Positions 25,201-37,569 of a DNA stretch of 46,046 nucleotides are shown in pieces (the first letter of the stretch is position 1; each line of letters starts with the position of its first letter). The DNA comes from Squatina squatina. Lineage: Eukaryota. The notes under the pieces are model-generated. The model saw only the letters and a program-made list of their open reading frames with translations, did not search any database and had not been told where the DNA came from. Both the position numbers and the translations under genes were made by a program. Where the stretch lies: assembly GCA_031763465.1 (NCBI GenBank), contig JARFOE010000013.1, positions 3,533,121 through 3,579,166 on the forward strand, written 5' to 3'.

Positions 25201-25942
25201 AAAACAAGACAGAATGCGAAAGCCACCAGAAATGTCTCATCAGATAGTCGTTTTAATTCAAACTGACAAAACATTACCTAAAGCACTTTGTGTACAATGC
25301 TGTACATGTGCAATAATGAACATTTAGAGAGCCCAACCAGACACTTTGAGAAATGAAGGTAAACAGTCACCCGCTCCCAAATAAGGCATTGTTTCAAAAT
25401 GATATAAAACGGATGTTAAGGACTTCTCTGATGGCTCGTGGGTCTCACTAATGAGCGGGTGAGCCAAACAGGCCAGGGAGATCCAGGATAGATCTCTGGT
25501 CAGTGGTCTGTTTNNNNNNNNNNNNNNNNNNNNNNNNNNNNNNNNNNNNNNNNNNNNNNNNNNNNNNNNNNNNNNNNNNNNNNNNNNNNNNNNNNNNNNN
25601 NNNNNNNNNNNNNGCTGCTGTCTTGGTTAAGATGTAATTAAAAGTAACGAACCATGGTGCTCAGTGGAGTAGTGTAGAATTAACCCTTCAGCAACGCATT
25701 ACCACTGAGCTTTTTACTGCTCACCCATGATGGGTAAGTTTCTTGTAGGTTGCCTGATCAACATTTTTTTATTTGCATCAATTAAAGTCATTAAAATGTT
25801 TACTTAAAAGTTTTAAAGTCTTTTTTTTAAAATGATGAGTATAATGAACTCTCATTTTCATAAAGTAGTGTTTAAAGAAAGCCACAAATTGAAATTAAAT
25901 AGTACTTGTTCAGCTTGTCTGCCGTACCAAGCCTACTTTAAA

Positions 25943-26172
25943 CAAATAAGAACAGAAAATGCTGGAAATAGAGGTCAGGCAGCATCGGCGGAGAGAGAAA
26001 AAGAGTTAACGTTTCAGGTCGATGACCTTTCGTCATAACTCNNNNNNNNNNAAGGTCGTTGACCTGAAACGTTAACCCTGTTTCTCACTCCACAGATGCT
26101 GCCTGATCTGCTGAGTATTTCCAGCATTGTGTGTTTTTATTTCAGATTTCAGCATCCACAGTATTTTGCTTT
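25943..26172. mobile_element. Palindromic Penelope-like terminal repeat pair
   Basis: Left arm ~25945-26030 is the inverted complement of right arm ~26052-26140 across a 10-N gap; both arms carry hammerhead-type motifs; a tail fragment of the same repeat is at 24563-24603. Confidence 0.7.
26003..26041 (-). ncRNA. Minimal type-I hammerhead ribozyme motif (core variant, probably inactive)
   Basis: Minus strand: GAGTT-ATGACGA-A-AGGTC-ATC-GACCT-GAAAC-GTT-AACTC. Stem I GAGTT/AACTC, stem II AGGTC/GACCT, GAAA box, loop-less palindromic stem III (ACGT); the first core base is A instead of the C of CUGANGA. Confidence 0.6.
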
Positions 26173-26319
26173 TCTATTTTAAACAAAATTTATATGCTTT
26201 TATTTTAAATTATTAGAAAAATAGTTAATTCCTGAAACGTGGTCTTTTGCAGCTCATTGCTCAATACTGAAGCGTTGTTAATTTAATATTGAAAATAATG
26301 CTGGATGTGGAAAAAGAAG

Positions 26320-26615
26320 CATCGCTATTTCAGGCGAGACGCTAAACCGATGTTCTGTTTGCTCCCTCAGCACTATCCGAAGCAGTGTAGGGCAGTTCTT
26401 AATGTCCGGGCCGAAATTTATCCCTTAACCACCATCATAAAAAAAAATAGATGATCAAGTGATTTATTTCATTTGCTTGTGGGATCTTGCTGTGCACAAA
26501 TTGGCCGGCACGTTTTCCTACATTACAAGTGACTACCATTAAAAAGACTCCATTGGGTGTGAAGCGCTTTGGGACATCCTGAGGTCGTCAAAGGTGCTAC
26601 ATAAATGGAAGTATT
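26320..26615 (+). mobile_element. Deu-domain SINE (AmnSINE1/SacSINE1-like), 5' truncated
   Basis: TTGTGGGATCTTGCTGTGCACAAATTGGC...TTTCCTACATTACAAGTGACTAC (Deu domain) followed by the L2 tail GTGAAGCGCTTTGGGACATCCTGAGGTCGTCAAAGGTGCTACATAAAT. Confidence 0.78.
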
Positions 26616-27316
26616 TCTTGGAGAATTTTACTGTTTAATTGTTTGTGCTTTATAGTTTTATACTTGATTTTTTTTAAAAAACCTTTGAAATCATTTATTA
26701 AGGTATCCTGGTATACAGAAAATGAAATATTATAAAATGCTGCTTTTAAATAGCGGATGGTACATTATGAGTCACTGCTGCTATAGTTCATTTTGGATTA
26801 AATTTTACTAAAAGCACATTGGCTTTTATGGTGAGCTTGGAACCAGTAATAAATAATGCAGAATATATCAGATCTGTAGTGCTGTCTAAATCCTATATTG
26901 AGGAATACAACACATATTTTCTGTAACAATTTTAACAGATTGTGCAGTGTAAAATCATATACTGCTTCTTGCAAAAGTTGAGGTGCAGGTGTTCATTTTG
27001 TCTATTTTTTATTCGTCAGTCTGAACAGTCCAGGATTTAAACCAGTTTGGTACATTTAGGTTGAGCACAGAGGGTTCTTAAGCAAACCCCCTTTGACAGC
27101 TGGGGATGGTGTGATCCAGGAAGCAGAGTCCTGCTGAATAAATCAGGTGACATGCTCCATCTCCCCGTTTAGATGGAATGAGCCCGGGCGCTGGCTGAGC
27201 AGGCAGAGGAGAAGCTTCAACACACAATCCAGGGCTGAAACATCGGGAAAANNNNNNNNNNAAAGGGGCTCCCAGCTGAAAGGGACTTGCTTGGCAGTGG
27301 AAAGCCGACGCCAGCC

Positions 27317-27382
27317 ATGGCTTCAAATTTTAACGATATAGTGAAGCAGGGATATGTGAAAATCCGCAGCAGAAAGCTGGGG
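27317..27382 (+). CDS. DOK6: Docking protein 6, exon 1 (PH domain start)
   Basis: Kozak ccagccATGG; [22 protein letters not shown] then donor GTGAGT; matches the DOK6 N-terminus. Confidence 0.96.
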
Positions 27383-29384
27383 GTGAGTAGAAATCCAATG
27401 ACAGCGTGAAATGTGCTTGTTAACAGCTGGATAAAACAAAATCTTAATTGGTATCAGGGATAGAGCCCTGCTGGGCGTGCATCTAGACGGGATGGGCTTC
27501 TCGACCAGAACAGTGATGGAAACTGTCACTAAAACTGTATATTAATAAAAATGAACTGTAAGCTTGTGTTCAACACAAAAAACAACTGGTCAAATAGAAC
27601 TTTGCTCTCATCAGTGCGATTTCTCATGTTAGACATAGTGCTAGTGCCTTTCCCACTGATAGTGCGGAGTTTCTGATTCACAGAATTGTGACATGGATGG
27701 TCCTGTCGACTTCTTGTGGTCTAAGATGTTCTTAGGCTCGAGGTGCTGTATTGAAAAACAAAGTTTAAGGGGATGACACTAATTGTACAGGCTTGTTTTT
27801 AACCCATGGAAATTTCACACCAGTTATGCTTTGGTTTGTACCAGCTTGCAGCCAATGTGATAGCTATTTCCACAGAAGGGCAGCTGTGATTCAAACTCCT
27901 TATTTATATATTGCATTAAAAAAAAAAGAACTGGACTATTGACTAATTTTGATCACATTTTGTCACACAACTTTCCTGCTAATGGGTAATGCTTGCATTG
28001 TGCAATCATGTTATATCTGGAATAAACTGGAACTGACAATAAAGTTGCTTCTAACTAAAGGTGCAGGAATTATTTTACTAATTGTGCTGCGCCTAGGATT
28101 TACACTTATGGGTTTTTTTTTTCCAGCATTTTGCCTACATTGGAGGTTGTTCAGTAGAACTAGTTATGTGCTGCCCCACAAAATGTGTCGCATTGAGCTG
28201 CTGTGTGTTATTGGTGCAAAAACCATAAGCAATGTGTTGCAACAGAGTGGCACAGCAGAAGGACTGTTGTATGTGACTGAGAGTGCAGTAGTAGGACAGC
28301 TGGAAGCACTTGTGTGTTGTATTGGAGCATGACAGTAGAGGGGCTATGCTGCATAGATTTTGAGTACAGAGGGACAGTGGCGACAAGAACTTGTAGCACT
28401 AACAGGCACCAAAAGGACTAACCGGCATCAAAAGGTGTTTTATGGGTTGATCAGGGGTTGCAGTTTGAAGAAGCCCTAACCTTTTATTTTTAGAGTCTTT
28501 CCTAGCTCCATCCATATGAAAAGCCAAGTTTGGTCGAGTAGAACGCTGCCTGCACTTTCATACCAGTTACCCCTGCCTTTCACCTCTACAATTGGTGGCA
28601 GGACTGCGGGTTGGTGGTATAACTCCTAACTGGACAGTTCAAAGTTTGACCAGCATAGACCGAGCTCAAATAGCATCATATTCTGAATATTCTTCCTGAT
28701 GGATAATACTGGGAAGTGTGTGTTATCCCAAAAAGGTTCTTTAGCTTGTCCCTATTGTTCTGATAACTGTGGAGCTGCACCTTGATGAATATGTTTCCAA
28801 TCTGTTGGAAAGATTTGTGTGAACTGTGCAATGTTGCTCGACGGAACCTTGTACAGGTTAGTTTGTCTAGCTTATAGCCACTTTGGCTGTGGTTTGCCAT
28901 GCAGGGCAATGACTTGTGACATGTGCAAGACTTCAATTTGCAGGCAATCGCTGAGTGCAAGGGGAAAGTGTTGTTAAAACCAGCTTGCAGTGGTTTGAAG
29001 CATTGTGCTGAAAGGAGAAGATGCAGATCTGGGCACAGGCAGCTGAAATGAGAAGGATGGTGGTGACACATTACTGGCATTTCCTAAGAGTCACATGAGA
29101 AAAAGCTTGCTGTGGAAGCTGGCTTACAAACAGATATTTTTAACTCTTTCTCTCCGACCTTAACCACACACCATCCTGACTGGATACTACTGATTATTAT
29201 TGGTTCAGCAGATACTTTGTGTTGATTGGTTATGTAAATGTCATTCAGGCCTACATACAAGAACGTTTTGTTTAAACCTATTTAGAGGTTTGTGCTTCTG
29301 AAAGTGTTAACACTTTCAGAATACCTGCTACAGACAAACTCTGACCTTCAGCCAGTGTGTTATCAAATACAACTTTTAATTTGT

Positions 29385-29558
29385 TGAGTATATTCAAGGC
29401 TGAGATAGATAGATTTTTGGACTCTAGGGGAATCAAAGGATTATGGGGATTGGGCGGGAAAGTGGAGTTGGTCAAAGATCAGCCATGATCTTATTGAATG
29501 GTGGAGCAGGCTCGAGGGGCTGTGTGGCTTCCTGATCCTAATTCTTATTTTCTTATGT
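29385..29558 (+). mobile_element. CR1 LINE 3' end in DOK6 intron 1
   Basis: TTCAAGGCTGAGATAGATAGATTTTTG...GATCAGCCATGATCTTATTGAATGGTGGAGCAGGCTCGAGGGGC...TTCTTATGT: end of ORF2 (FKAEIDRFL) plus the 3' UTR. Confidence 0.8.
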
Positions 29559-31706
29559 AACTAGAGTTAATAATGTGCATACTAGTTTTAGTTAACACCT
29601 TTCTTTGATTTCCACATTTATAAACAGAATTTCATACAGAGTATTGCNNNNNNNNNNNNNNNNNNNNNNNNNNNNNNNNNNNNNNNNNNNNNNNNNNNNN
29701 NNNNNNNNNNNNNNNNNNNNNNNNNNNNNNNNNNNNNNNNNNNNNNNGTCCTCGATGAATTGTTCACCCTTTTTGGTGTGAAAATGCCAAGATCTGGGAG
29801 GGGGAGAATCGGCTACGGTTGCAGCTTCTGATTGCTGCATGCTGACTGCTGTCTGAAGTACATACATGTCGTTGAGTGAGCGTAGGCTTGGCTGCGGTGC
29901 CCCCACGCGGTCCAGCAGCTTGCCACCACTCAATGAATAGTTGCTTGGACAGGGCACTGCATGGTGCTGGCTCCCATACCCCAGCAAATACCTTTTGGGA
30001 GGGGAAGGAAGGAAATTGGCAGAAAAAGGAGGAACAATAAAGAAATGCAATCTTGTTATTGTAACAACGGCCTGACAATCTTTGCTTTATTGCTTTGACT
30101 TAATTGCAAAATTGCTTACAACTTTAAATTTAACAAATTAAATGTCACACATGGCTTATTGCAATGGTCCCTGCCCATCTGTCTGTCTGTTCTTCTGTAT
30201 GTAGCTGAGACTGCCCGAATAGCTAAATTCTAGTAAACTGTTGGGTTAAATTTTTTTAATTATACATGCACGTTTTATATATAATTTCCAGTTTGCAATA
30301 GTCATAATTGAATGTGCTGACATTACTTTTTATTCTGCGTAAGTCAAGACAAATTCAAGGACAAAACCCTAGCACATTGTTAGCTTAGCAGCTGGGAATT
30401 TATGACATTTGCTTAGCAACACAGACTGTCCTGATACGGCAATATCCTCTTAGCAACTCCTTACCACATCACTGACTTCAGAACGTACTGACCTCTCTGT
30501 AAGCTGGAGCTCTGCCAGCTTGTCGGTGTGGTACTAAGATACCACAACAGCCTGAAAGAGTTAAAGGTGGGCAGTTGCTAATAGGGTTGTATTGGGAAGT
30601 GCTCCTGTTAATCACAGATCTCCAATTTCTGAGGATCATCATCCAACCCAGGTGGATCACAGAACTTATAACTTGCACCACTTGTAGAAGTAATGACTAA
30701 GGCAATGTATGAGCAATATGGCAGTGTCTCNNNNNNNNNNNNNNNNNNNNNNNNNNNNNNNNNNNNNNNNNNNNNNNNNNNNNNNNNNNNNNNNNNNNNN
30801 NNNNNNNNNNNNNNNNNNNNNNNNNNNNNNGTATGAAATTGAAAAAAACTGCGTATGTTGCTTGCAACAGGCACAACATGGTCCTCTTTGGAACTTGGAG
30901 AGAAAAAAATGGCCAGCTGCAGAGAGGTGGTACAACGGGTGTCCAACAAGGCTCCCAGTAGCATCTCTGTATCTCTCCTCCATGCATCCATTCGAGGGAA
31001 ACAAATTGTTCTTTTATAATGGGTACAATTAAGAATTTGTCAGTGGAAATACTTTTCCTTTAGAGGAGTTGTTTCAGCAGCTCATTAAACTCCAGTAGCC
31101 TGCTTGGCACGATGGACTATTTCTCAATCGCTGACACTAATTGCTCCAAAGGCTTTCTTTGAAGAACAGTGACGTGCAGAAAGCTGGAAGTGGTGGCAGG
31201 TCCCTGTAGACGTGGGGCTCGCAATGTATCCGTGATTCCACCTGAGAAGTAACAGGAGCTGGAGGCGAGCAGTCTGCACGTAGCTATGAAAAGTGACCTT
31301 GGAACCTCAGTGCAAACTGTCTACCTGCAATTCCACACTTTTCGAGTGTGACCTGCGTACCATAAAATGTTTCCAAACGCTTGTCCCTCATGTACATTTA
31401 ACAGGGTGTACTTATCCAAAACGTCCGAGATAGATAGATTTCTAATCAGNNNNNNNNNNNNNNNNNNNNNNNNNNNNNNNNNNNNNNNNNNNNNNNNNNN
31501 NNNNNNNNNNNNNNNNNNNNNNNNNNNNNNNNNNNNNNNNNNNNNNNNNGATGAAGCTCAGTCACTTACCAGCCCACCTCAGCCGTTAAAGGCAATGTTT
31601 GAAATCAGTGAACCCACTGCTCAGTTCAATCTTGTCTGCAGCAGCTCATAGGGGAGGTATTCTGGTAAACTTGTGGAAAACTTGGAGATCCGTTTGGGGT
31701 GCAGCC

Positions 31707-33370
31707 ATGGCAGTGGGTGGACAAGGGGCCAGAGCCTCAAGATTCTCCGATGCGGAGGTGGAGACTCTAGTTTCATCTATTGAGAGGAGGGCCACACAAC
31801 TTTTTGCTAAGAGGGGCCAAAGGGGAAGTACACAAATACTGAGGACCTTATGGAGGCAAATAATTGGGGAGGTCTTTGCCTCAGACACGGTTGAGTGCAC
31901 AGGACATCAGTGTCGCAAAAAGTTCAATGACCTAAGTCGTGCAATAAAGTAAGTGTGCTTTGTTGTTGAATGTACAAATGTGCAAGTGTGATTGGGGAGT
32001 CTATCTCAGCATCATGTAACTTTTATCTCTTCGAAATACATGCATCATTAATTGTAGCATTTCCACAAATGGCACAGCTTCTTGGGCATGACATGTAGTG
32101 GCTATGTCAATGGAAAGAATGTAGCTTACTACAGTTCTCTTATTTTATGCAGTTGAAGCTAGCGAGGAACAGACGTGAGCAGCAACATACAGGTGGAGGG
32201 GAGGTTGCCGAGATACCAATATCTGCCATCGAGCAGGACATCGCCAGGATACTGGCTGGAGACGTCAGGCATCCTGTGGTAAGTGGTGGTGTACTACTTC
32301 CTGCTGCAGTTGATGGTAAGTGAATGTGTGCTTGTGTTGCATTGCTGCTGGATACCCTTTCGCCTTGCAATGCAGTTCATTGTAATGGTGGAAGCAAGCC
32401 ATGCCCCATGGCTGGTCCCATCCACCCTCACCCTCATGTATGTGGTCTTCCCTTCATCTTCTCAGATGATCCGTCATCCCCAAAGGTGGAAGTGCCTGCA
32501 GTGGAAGGGACGCAGTCACAGGAAGCATCAGGGAATGATGAGGAGGATCGAGAAACAATGGACCTGGAGCAAGATGTGGAACCTGATGGGGGGGTGGGGG
32601 GGTAGGGTGGTGGAAAAGGAGGGAGAGGAGAGGGAACCTATAGCCGGGGCTGGGCCGAGCACTGCGTCACACATTCCACCACCATCAGTTACTTCCACGT
32701 CACGTAGTGTAGAGGTTAGGTCCTGCCATGGAACAGCACTAGGTGAAGCACAGGGTCCCAGCAGGGTGCGATGCCAAGAAAAGCTGGTGGGTCAGCAGTC
32801 CGGAGGGTCAGTTGGCCAATTAGCCCTGCTTCCGATGGCTCAAATAAGGAACTGGGCAGGGTGTCCGTCAATGAAAGGATCTTCCAGGTGTATGAGCAGA
32901 TGACAGCTTCAATGGCAAGGGTGCCTGAGAGTCTTGTAGAAGTGGTAAGGAGCATGGAGGAGTCTGCATCCCGCATTATGCAGAGCTCCACGCAGACCTT
33001 GCAGTCTCTCATTGACAGCATGCATTCAATGTTAGACTCAGAGAGCAATCATGAGGATCCAGCCATCATGAGGCATCTTATGGGTGATGTGGTATCCTTC
33101 ATTGCGGCACAAGCCAAGGCAATGCAACGGCTTGTTGCTGCAGTGGAAGCACTGGTAGCTGGCACACATGCTGAGGCTGCTCTCAGACAGGTTCAGCATG
33201 AGGTGCTGCAAGGGGTTGCTAATGCTATGCAGGAAGTGTTAGCTGGCATACACGATGAGGCTGCTCTCAAGCAGTTTCAGCTGGAGGCCACACAAGCACT
33301 GACTGCTGCCATCGCCACTGGGTCCACCATGGGACACCGGGGGCCCAACAATGGCACACCACCAGTCTGA
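31707..33370 (+). pseudogene. Harbinger-derived Myb/SANT gene B (three exons: 31707-31948, 32153-32315, 32466-~33370) in DOK6 intron 1
   Basis: Kozak gcagccATGG; exon 1 MAVGGQGARASRFSDAEVETLV...LW..I..EV...TGHQCRKKFNDLSRAI; exon 2 LKLARNRREQQHTGGGEVAEIPISAIEQDIARIL; exon 3 acidic linker then a coiled coil; canonical GT-AG sites. Exon 1 ends one base short of phase 0 and exon 3 has two frameshifts. Confidence 0.85.
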
Positions 33371-35008
33371 GGTCCCTCTGACTGGCGGGGATACTGATGA
33401 GCTGCCCCGGGGGAGTGTCATTAACTCATGTGACCAGGAGCCTGCTGCGCTGTCTTAGTATGGCAGCACTCCTGATCGTGGCAGTGGCACTCCATCATTG
33501 ACACTGCTCATGCCTGGGACCAATGAACACTAGAATGCCGAACCAAACCCTGAGGTTCCACAATCTGAAGCCTGCCCTTCCAGGGTCAGAGCTCACTGAG
33601 GGCGTCCCAAACGGCCATCTGTAGCTACCAGTCCATATTCATAGCAACCTGGCCCTAGCCATGCTGCATCCACACAAACCCACTGAGGAGAAGTGATAGG
33701 ATAGCAGGAAAGAAAAGAGGATGTAAGGTTTTTCACAAGGGAGGTGATTGATTTATCCATTAGTTTGACTGACATGTTGTTATTAAATGTATTTTTCATT
33801 CTCCTTCATTTCGTTCATTGCATAATTAATTTCATTCAGAACCCTTTTTATATTTACATATTTTTACTGGGAGGAAAACTGCTAATCAAACATTATACTG
33901 GCAAATTAATAAAGCAAAATTACTGCTGAACGTGCTGGTAGCAACAGTTAATTTAGAAGGCTGAAGAGTGTGTTAGATTTGTGTTTTCATTTAATAACAC
34001 TGAATCCCAAGGGTTGGCATCGCTAGCTTGTCTGCAAGGCTGTGGTCCCATAAGCCTGCTGAGTGCCAAAATGTATTCCGGTTACCCCATGACTGTAATA
34101 CAGAAATATCTAGGAAGGTGTTGGAGATAAAAAGGTGTGCTTGCTGCCAAACTCTGGGTGAAAGGAAAATGTTACTTTTGAAAGGGTAAAATGTAAATTA
34201 TAGCAATAGGAATAGATGAAAGGTTTAGATTTGGTGCCCTAGATATTGGATCGTGCCTAAATCAGGGCATGATAAGAAACATAAGAGCATAAGAACTAGG
34301 AGCAAGAGAAGGCCATTCGGCCCCTTAAACCTGCTTGCCATTCAACNNNNNNNNNNNNNNNNNNNNNNNNNNNNNNNNNNNNNNNNNNNNNNNNNNNNNN
34401 NNNNNNNNNNNNNNNNNNNNNNNNNNNNNNNNNNNNNNNNNNNNNNTAAAATCTGAACCATGCAGCCTCCTTAGCATAGTTAAATCGCTGACCCGCCTCT
34501 CAAGAGCAGGTTACTCGCCTGCACCTCCAAGACCGCCCTGGTTAGAACGGAAGTAGGCAGGTTGCGGTTGGGATTCAGATTTTTAAGAATTTAACCCCTG
34601 CCCCTCCCTTGCCCATCCAGTAGGGTTAAAATAACGCCCTCCCTGTCCAGTCTGACACACGTGGAATGATTAATTGGACAAGGTGCTGTAAGGCCGCAGA
34701 TGGCACCTGTTGAACAATATTCCAGCACAGGTTATCACCTTCAGGAGCGAAGGGGAGAAAATTATGCAGGGCATGGGGGATATCAAATGTTGTGGTTATT
34801 GCAATGTGAAGTTTAAAAAGTGCTTTGGTCTAAGCCAGACTCGTGATGTTAGATTTAACAATAATAAATGTACAGTTGCCTGTGGGTTTTATTGTTATTT
34901 TACATCCCACACTGGGCAATATTACCTTCATTAACATTATGTTCTGATTCTAATGTCATAACAATACACTAATCAGGCTTGTTTGCATTCTTTTGACTTT
35001 TCTAACAG

Positions 35009-35116
35009 ATGTATAGACGGTGTTGGTTGGTATTTAAGAAGGCCTCCAGCAAAGGCCCGCGAAGGTTAGAGAAATTTCCTGATGAAAAGGCGGCCTATTT
35101 CCGGAACTTTCACAAG
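35009..35116 (+). CDS. DOK6: Docking protein 6, exon 2
   Basis: Acceptor tttctaacag; [36 protein letters not shown]; donor GTAGGT; phase 0-0. Confidence 0.96.
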
Positions 35117-36098
35117 GTAGGTATTCTTGGCTTTCTACTGAATCTTATAAGATGGAAAGTATTAACAGTAAATGCAATCCAGCTACTTGGCACAACATAT
35201 CCTCAGCTATCATTTCTGTGGAGTTGGGTGGGGGGGGAAGGGGGAGCGGGGAAGGGGTCTTGTTGGGATTAAGGTCACTTCGGCTATGAGGCTGGAATGA
35301 TTGATTTTTGCTTTGGGTGCTCGTGCTTCTAACACCACAATAAATTGATTTTTCCTTACATAATTTAAACTGATACATGNNNNNNNNNNNNNNNNNNNNN
35401 NNNNNNNNNNNNNNNNNNNNNNNNNNNNNNNNNNNNNNNNNNNNNNNNNNNNNNNNNNNNNNNNNNNNNNNNNNNNNNNCGACTTACTATTAGCAACAAA
35501 TGGAAAATCCTCTCGTATGTTTGAAGATTGTGTGACTCATGTGTCCAAATAATATACTCATCGTTGTCTCAGTGAGCTGATTTATTGCCAGTTTTTACTG
35601 AGGCCTAAATGTAGGCTAAGCTGATGTTGTTGCTTGCCAAAGAATGTAAGAGCCATAGCTGATCACTGTGCCTCTAATGTATTGATGGTTGTGTGATCCC
35701 AGTATTGAATGTGATTTGATTGTTATACTAAACACATCGTGATAGAGCGAAAATCAACCTGAATTATATGAAAAATTGCCAACTTTAATTTTGACCTTTT
35801 CTGTAATTAAAATGGTCTTCAAACTTGAACAGGTTAATTTGTTAATATGAGTCAGACGTCTGTTTTGTTGACAAATTCTGGTTGATATCGATCTCGGGTA
35901 AAAAGATACACAGACATTATCTAAAGTAATCCAAACAGGCTTCAGGACTCGCCAATCAAATGGTGTGTGAACTAAAATCTAAATACCTCAAGCTGCAGAT
36001 GTCTTTCATTGCTAATCCTTCCAGTTAACATGGACATTGGTGCTCTGAACAGCGGCAGGGTGTGATGATCTTATGTGTTGCCCTGTGTTTGTTCACAG

Positions 36099-36191
36099 AG
36101 CTGGAGGCAGAGGAATGGTGTAAGCTTCTTTCCGTCGAATGCTTAGGATCCAGACTCAATGACATCAGCTTTGGGGAACCAGACCTACTAG
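36099..36191 (+). CDS. DOK6: Docking protein 6, exon 4 (3' end lost in a gap)
   Basis: Acceptor gttcacag, phase 1; (E)[30 protein letters not shown]. Confidence 0.93.
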
Positions 36192-36499
36192 NNNNNNNNN
36201 NNNNNNNNNNNNNNNNNNNNNNNNNNNNNNNNNNNNNNNNNNNNNNNNNNNNNNNNNNNNNNNNNNNNNNNNNNNNNNNNNNNNNNNNNNNTGTAGCCTT
36301 TCACCACCAGTGCTGAAGTGCAAAAACAGGGCATCAAGAGGTGACAGGCATCAAATTGCTACAGATCTGCAACATTCAAAATTAAGTATTAATTCAGTAG
36401 ACTATACTTCCCTTTACTTGACTTCAGTTCAGTGGCACCTGAGTTTTCTGAAAGTGCAAATATACAAACTATGACAACTGTTGCATTTGTCATTTACAG

Positions 36500-36638
36500 A
36501 ATGTGTGATACAGGAGAGGGACTCTTTACATTTCAGACACGGGAAGGAGAGAGCATCTACCAGAAGGTGCATTCAGCAACTTTGGCCATAGCTGAACAGC
36601 ACGAGCAGCTAATGCTGGAGATGGAGAAAAAAACACGG
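36500..36638 (+). CDS. DOK6: Docking protein 6, exon 6 (end of the PTB domain)
   Basis: Acceptor catttacag, phase 2; (R)[46 protein letters not shown]; donor GTATGT. Confidence 0.96.
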
Positions 36639-37569
36639 GTATGTACCATCTCGACTTTTGCACCATTTAGGTAAAAAAGATTCAATGTGTCTAGGATGCT
36701 TTCTGTTGTAGGGTCCAGTACAGCAATTTGGCAGGAGCTTTTCCAAATTCCTTTGGCGGGAAAAGGACAGGACAATGCCTCAAGCAGCTCCAGCTCTCCA
36801 AAACAATGGGGGAGGGAGGCGGTGAAATCAACTCTTGACAGATTGATGCCTAGAAGTTGGCCTCCCCAGAAAACTCCTCGTTGAACATGGAAGTCCAAGC
36901 CTACCAATATCATTGTGGAAACTACCTTTCATTGACCCTTGGGAAAGGTCAACGGAGATCCAAATTAACTTGATGCTGACAGCTGGGAAGTAGGACTACA
37001 TAGCCTCTGATTATGTCAACACTCTCCCCACTCTGCCACAATAGGGAGCTTCCAGGAGTGCTTACAAATAAAAGATTTTGAACCATGCATGAGAAAGCAT
37101 CCTTCATATTAAACTATCTGCTAACATTACAAACCATTCAAGGACTGACTGACACATTGTTACAGTATACAGTATGACCTGTTCTGCTACCTCAGATTAG
37201 GCATTATCCCCAGAACCCGATAATACCCTGCAAGTTCTGTAAAAACATTAGCCAAAGTTCCCACTTTGGATTGCCATACAGGATTGGTCCTACTTGTTTG
37301 ATAGCCTTCCTGTCAAAGTGCACATATGAAAAATGACCACTTGGACAAGTACTCGAGGGCTACTAATGTCAATGGAACCTTACCAGAGAAGAGTTCCATA
37401 ATNNNNNNNNNNNNNNNNNNNNNNNNNNNNNNNNNNNNNNNNNNNNNNNNNNNNNNNNNNNNNNNNNNNNNNNNNNNNNNNNNNNNNNNNNNNNNNNNNN
37501 NNAAAAGAGGAATGAAATCCTCATGAAAGCAGTATCAATTCTTGTAACATATTTTTTCCCCCCTGACAG

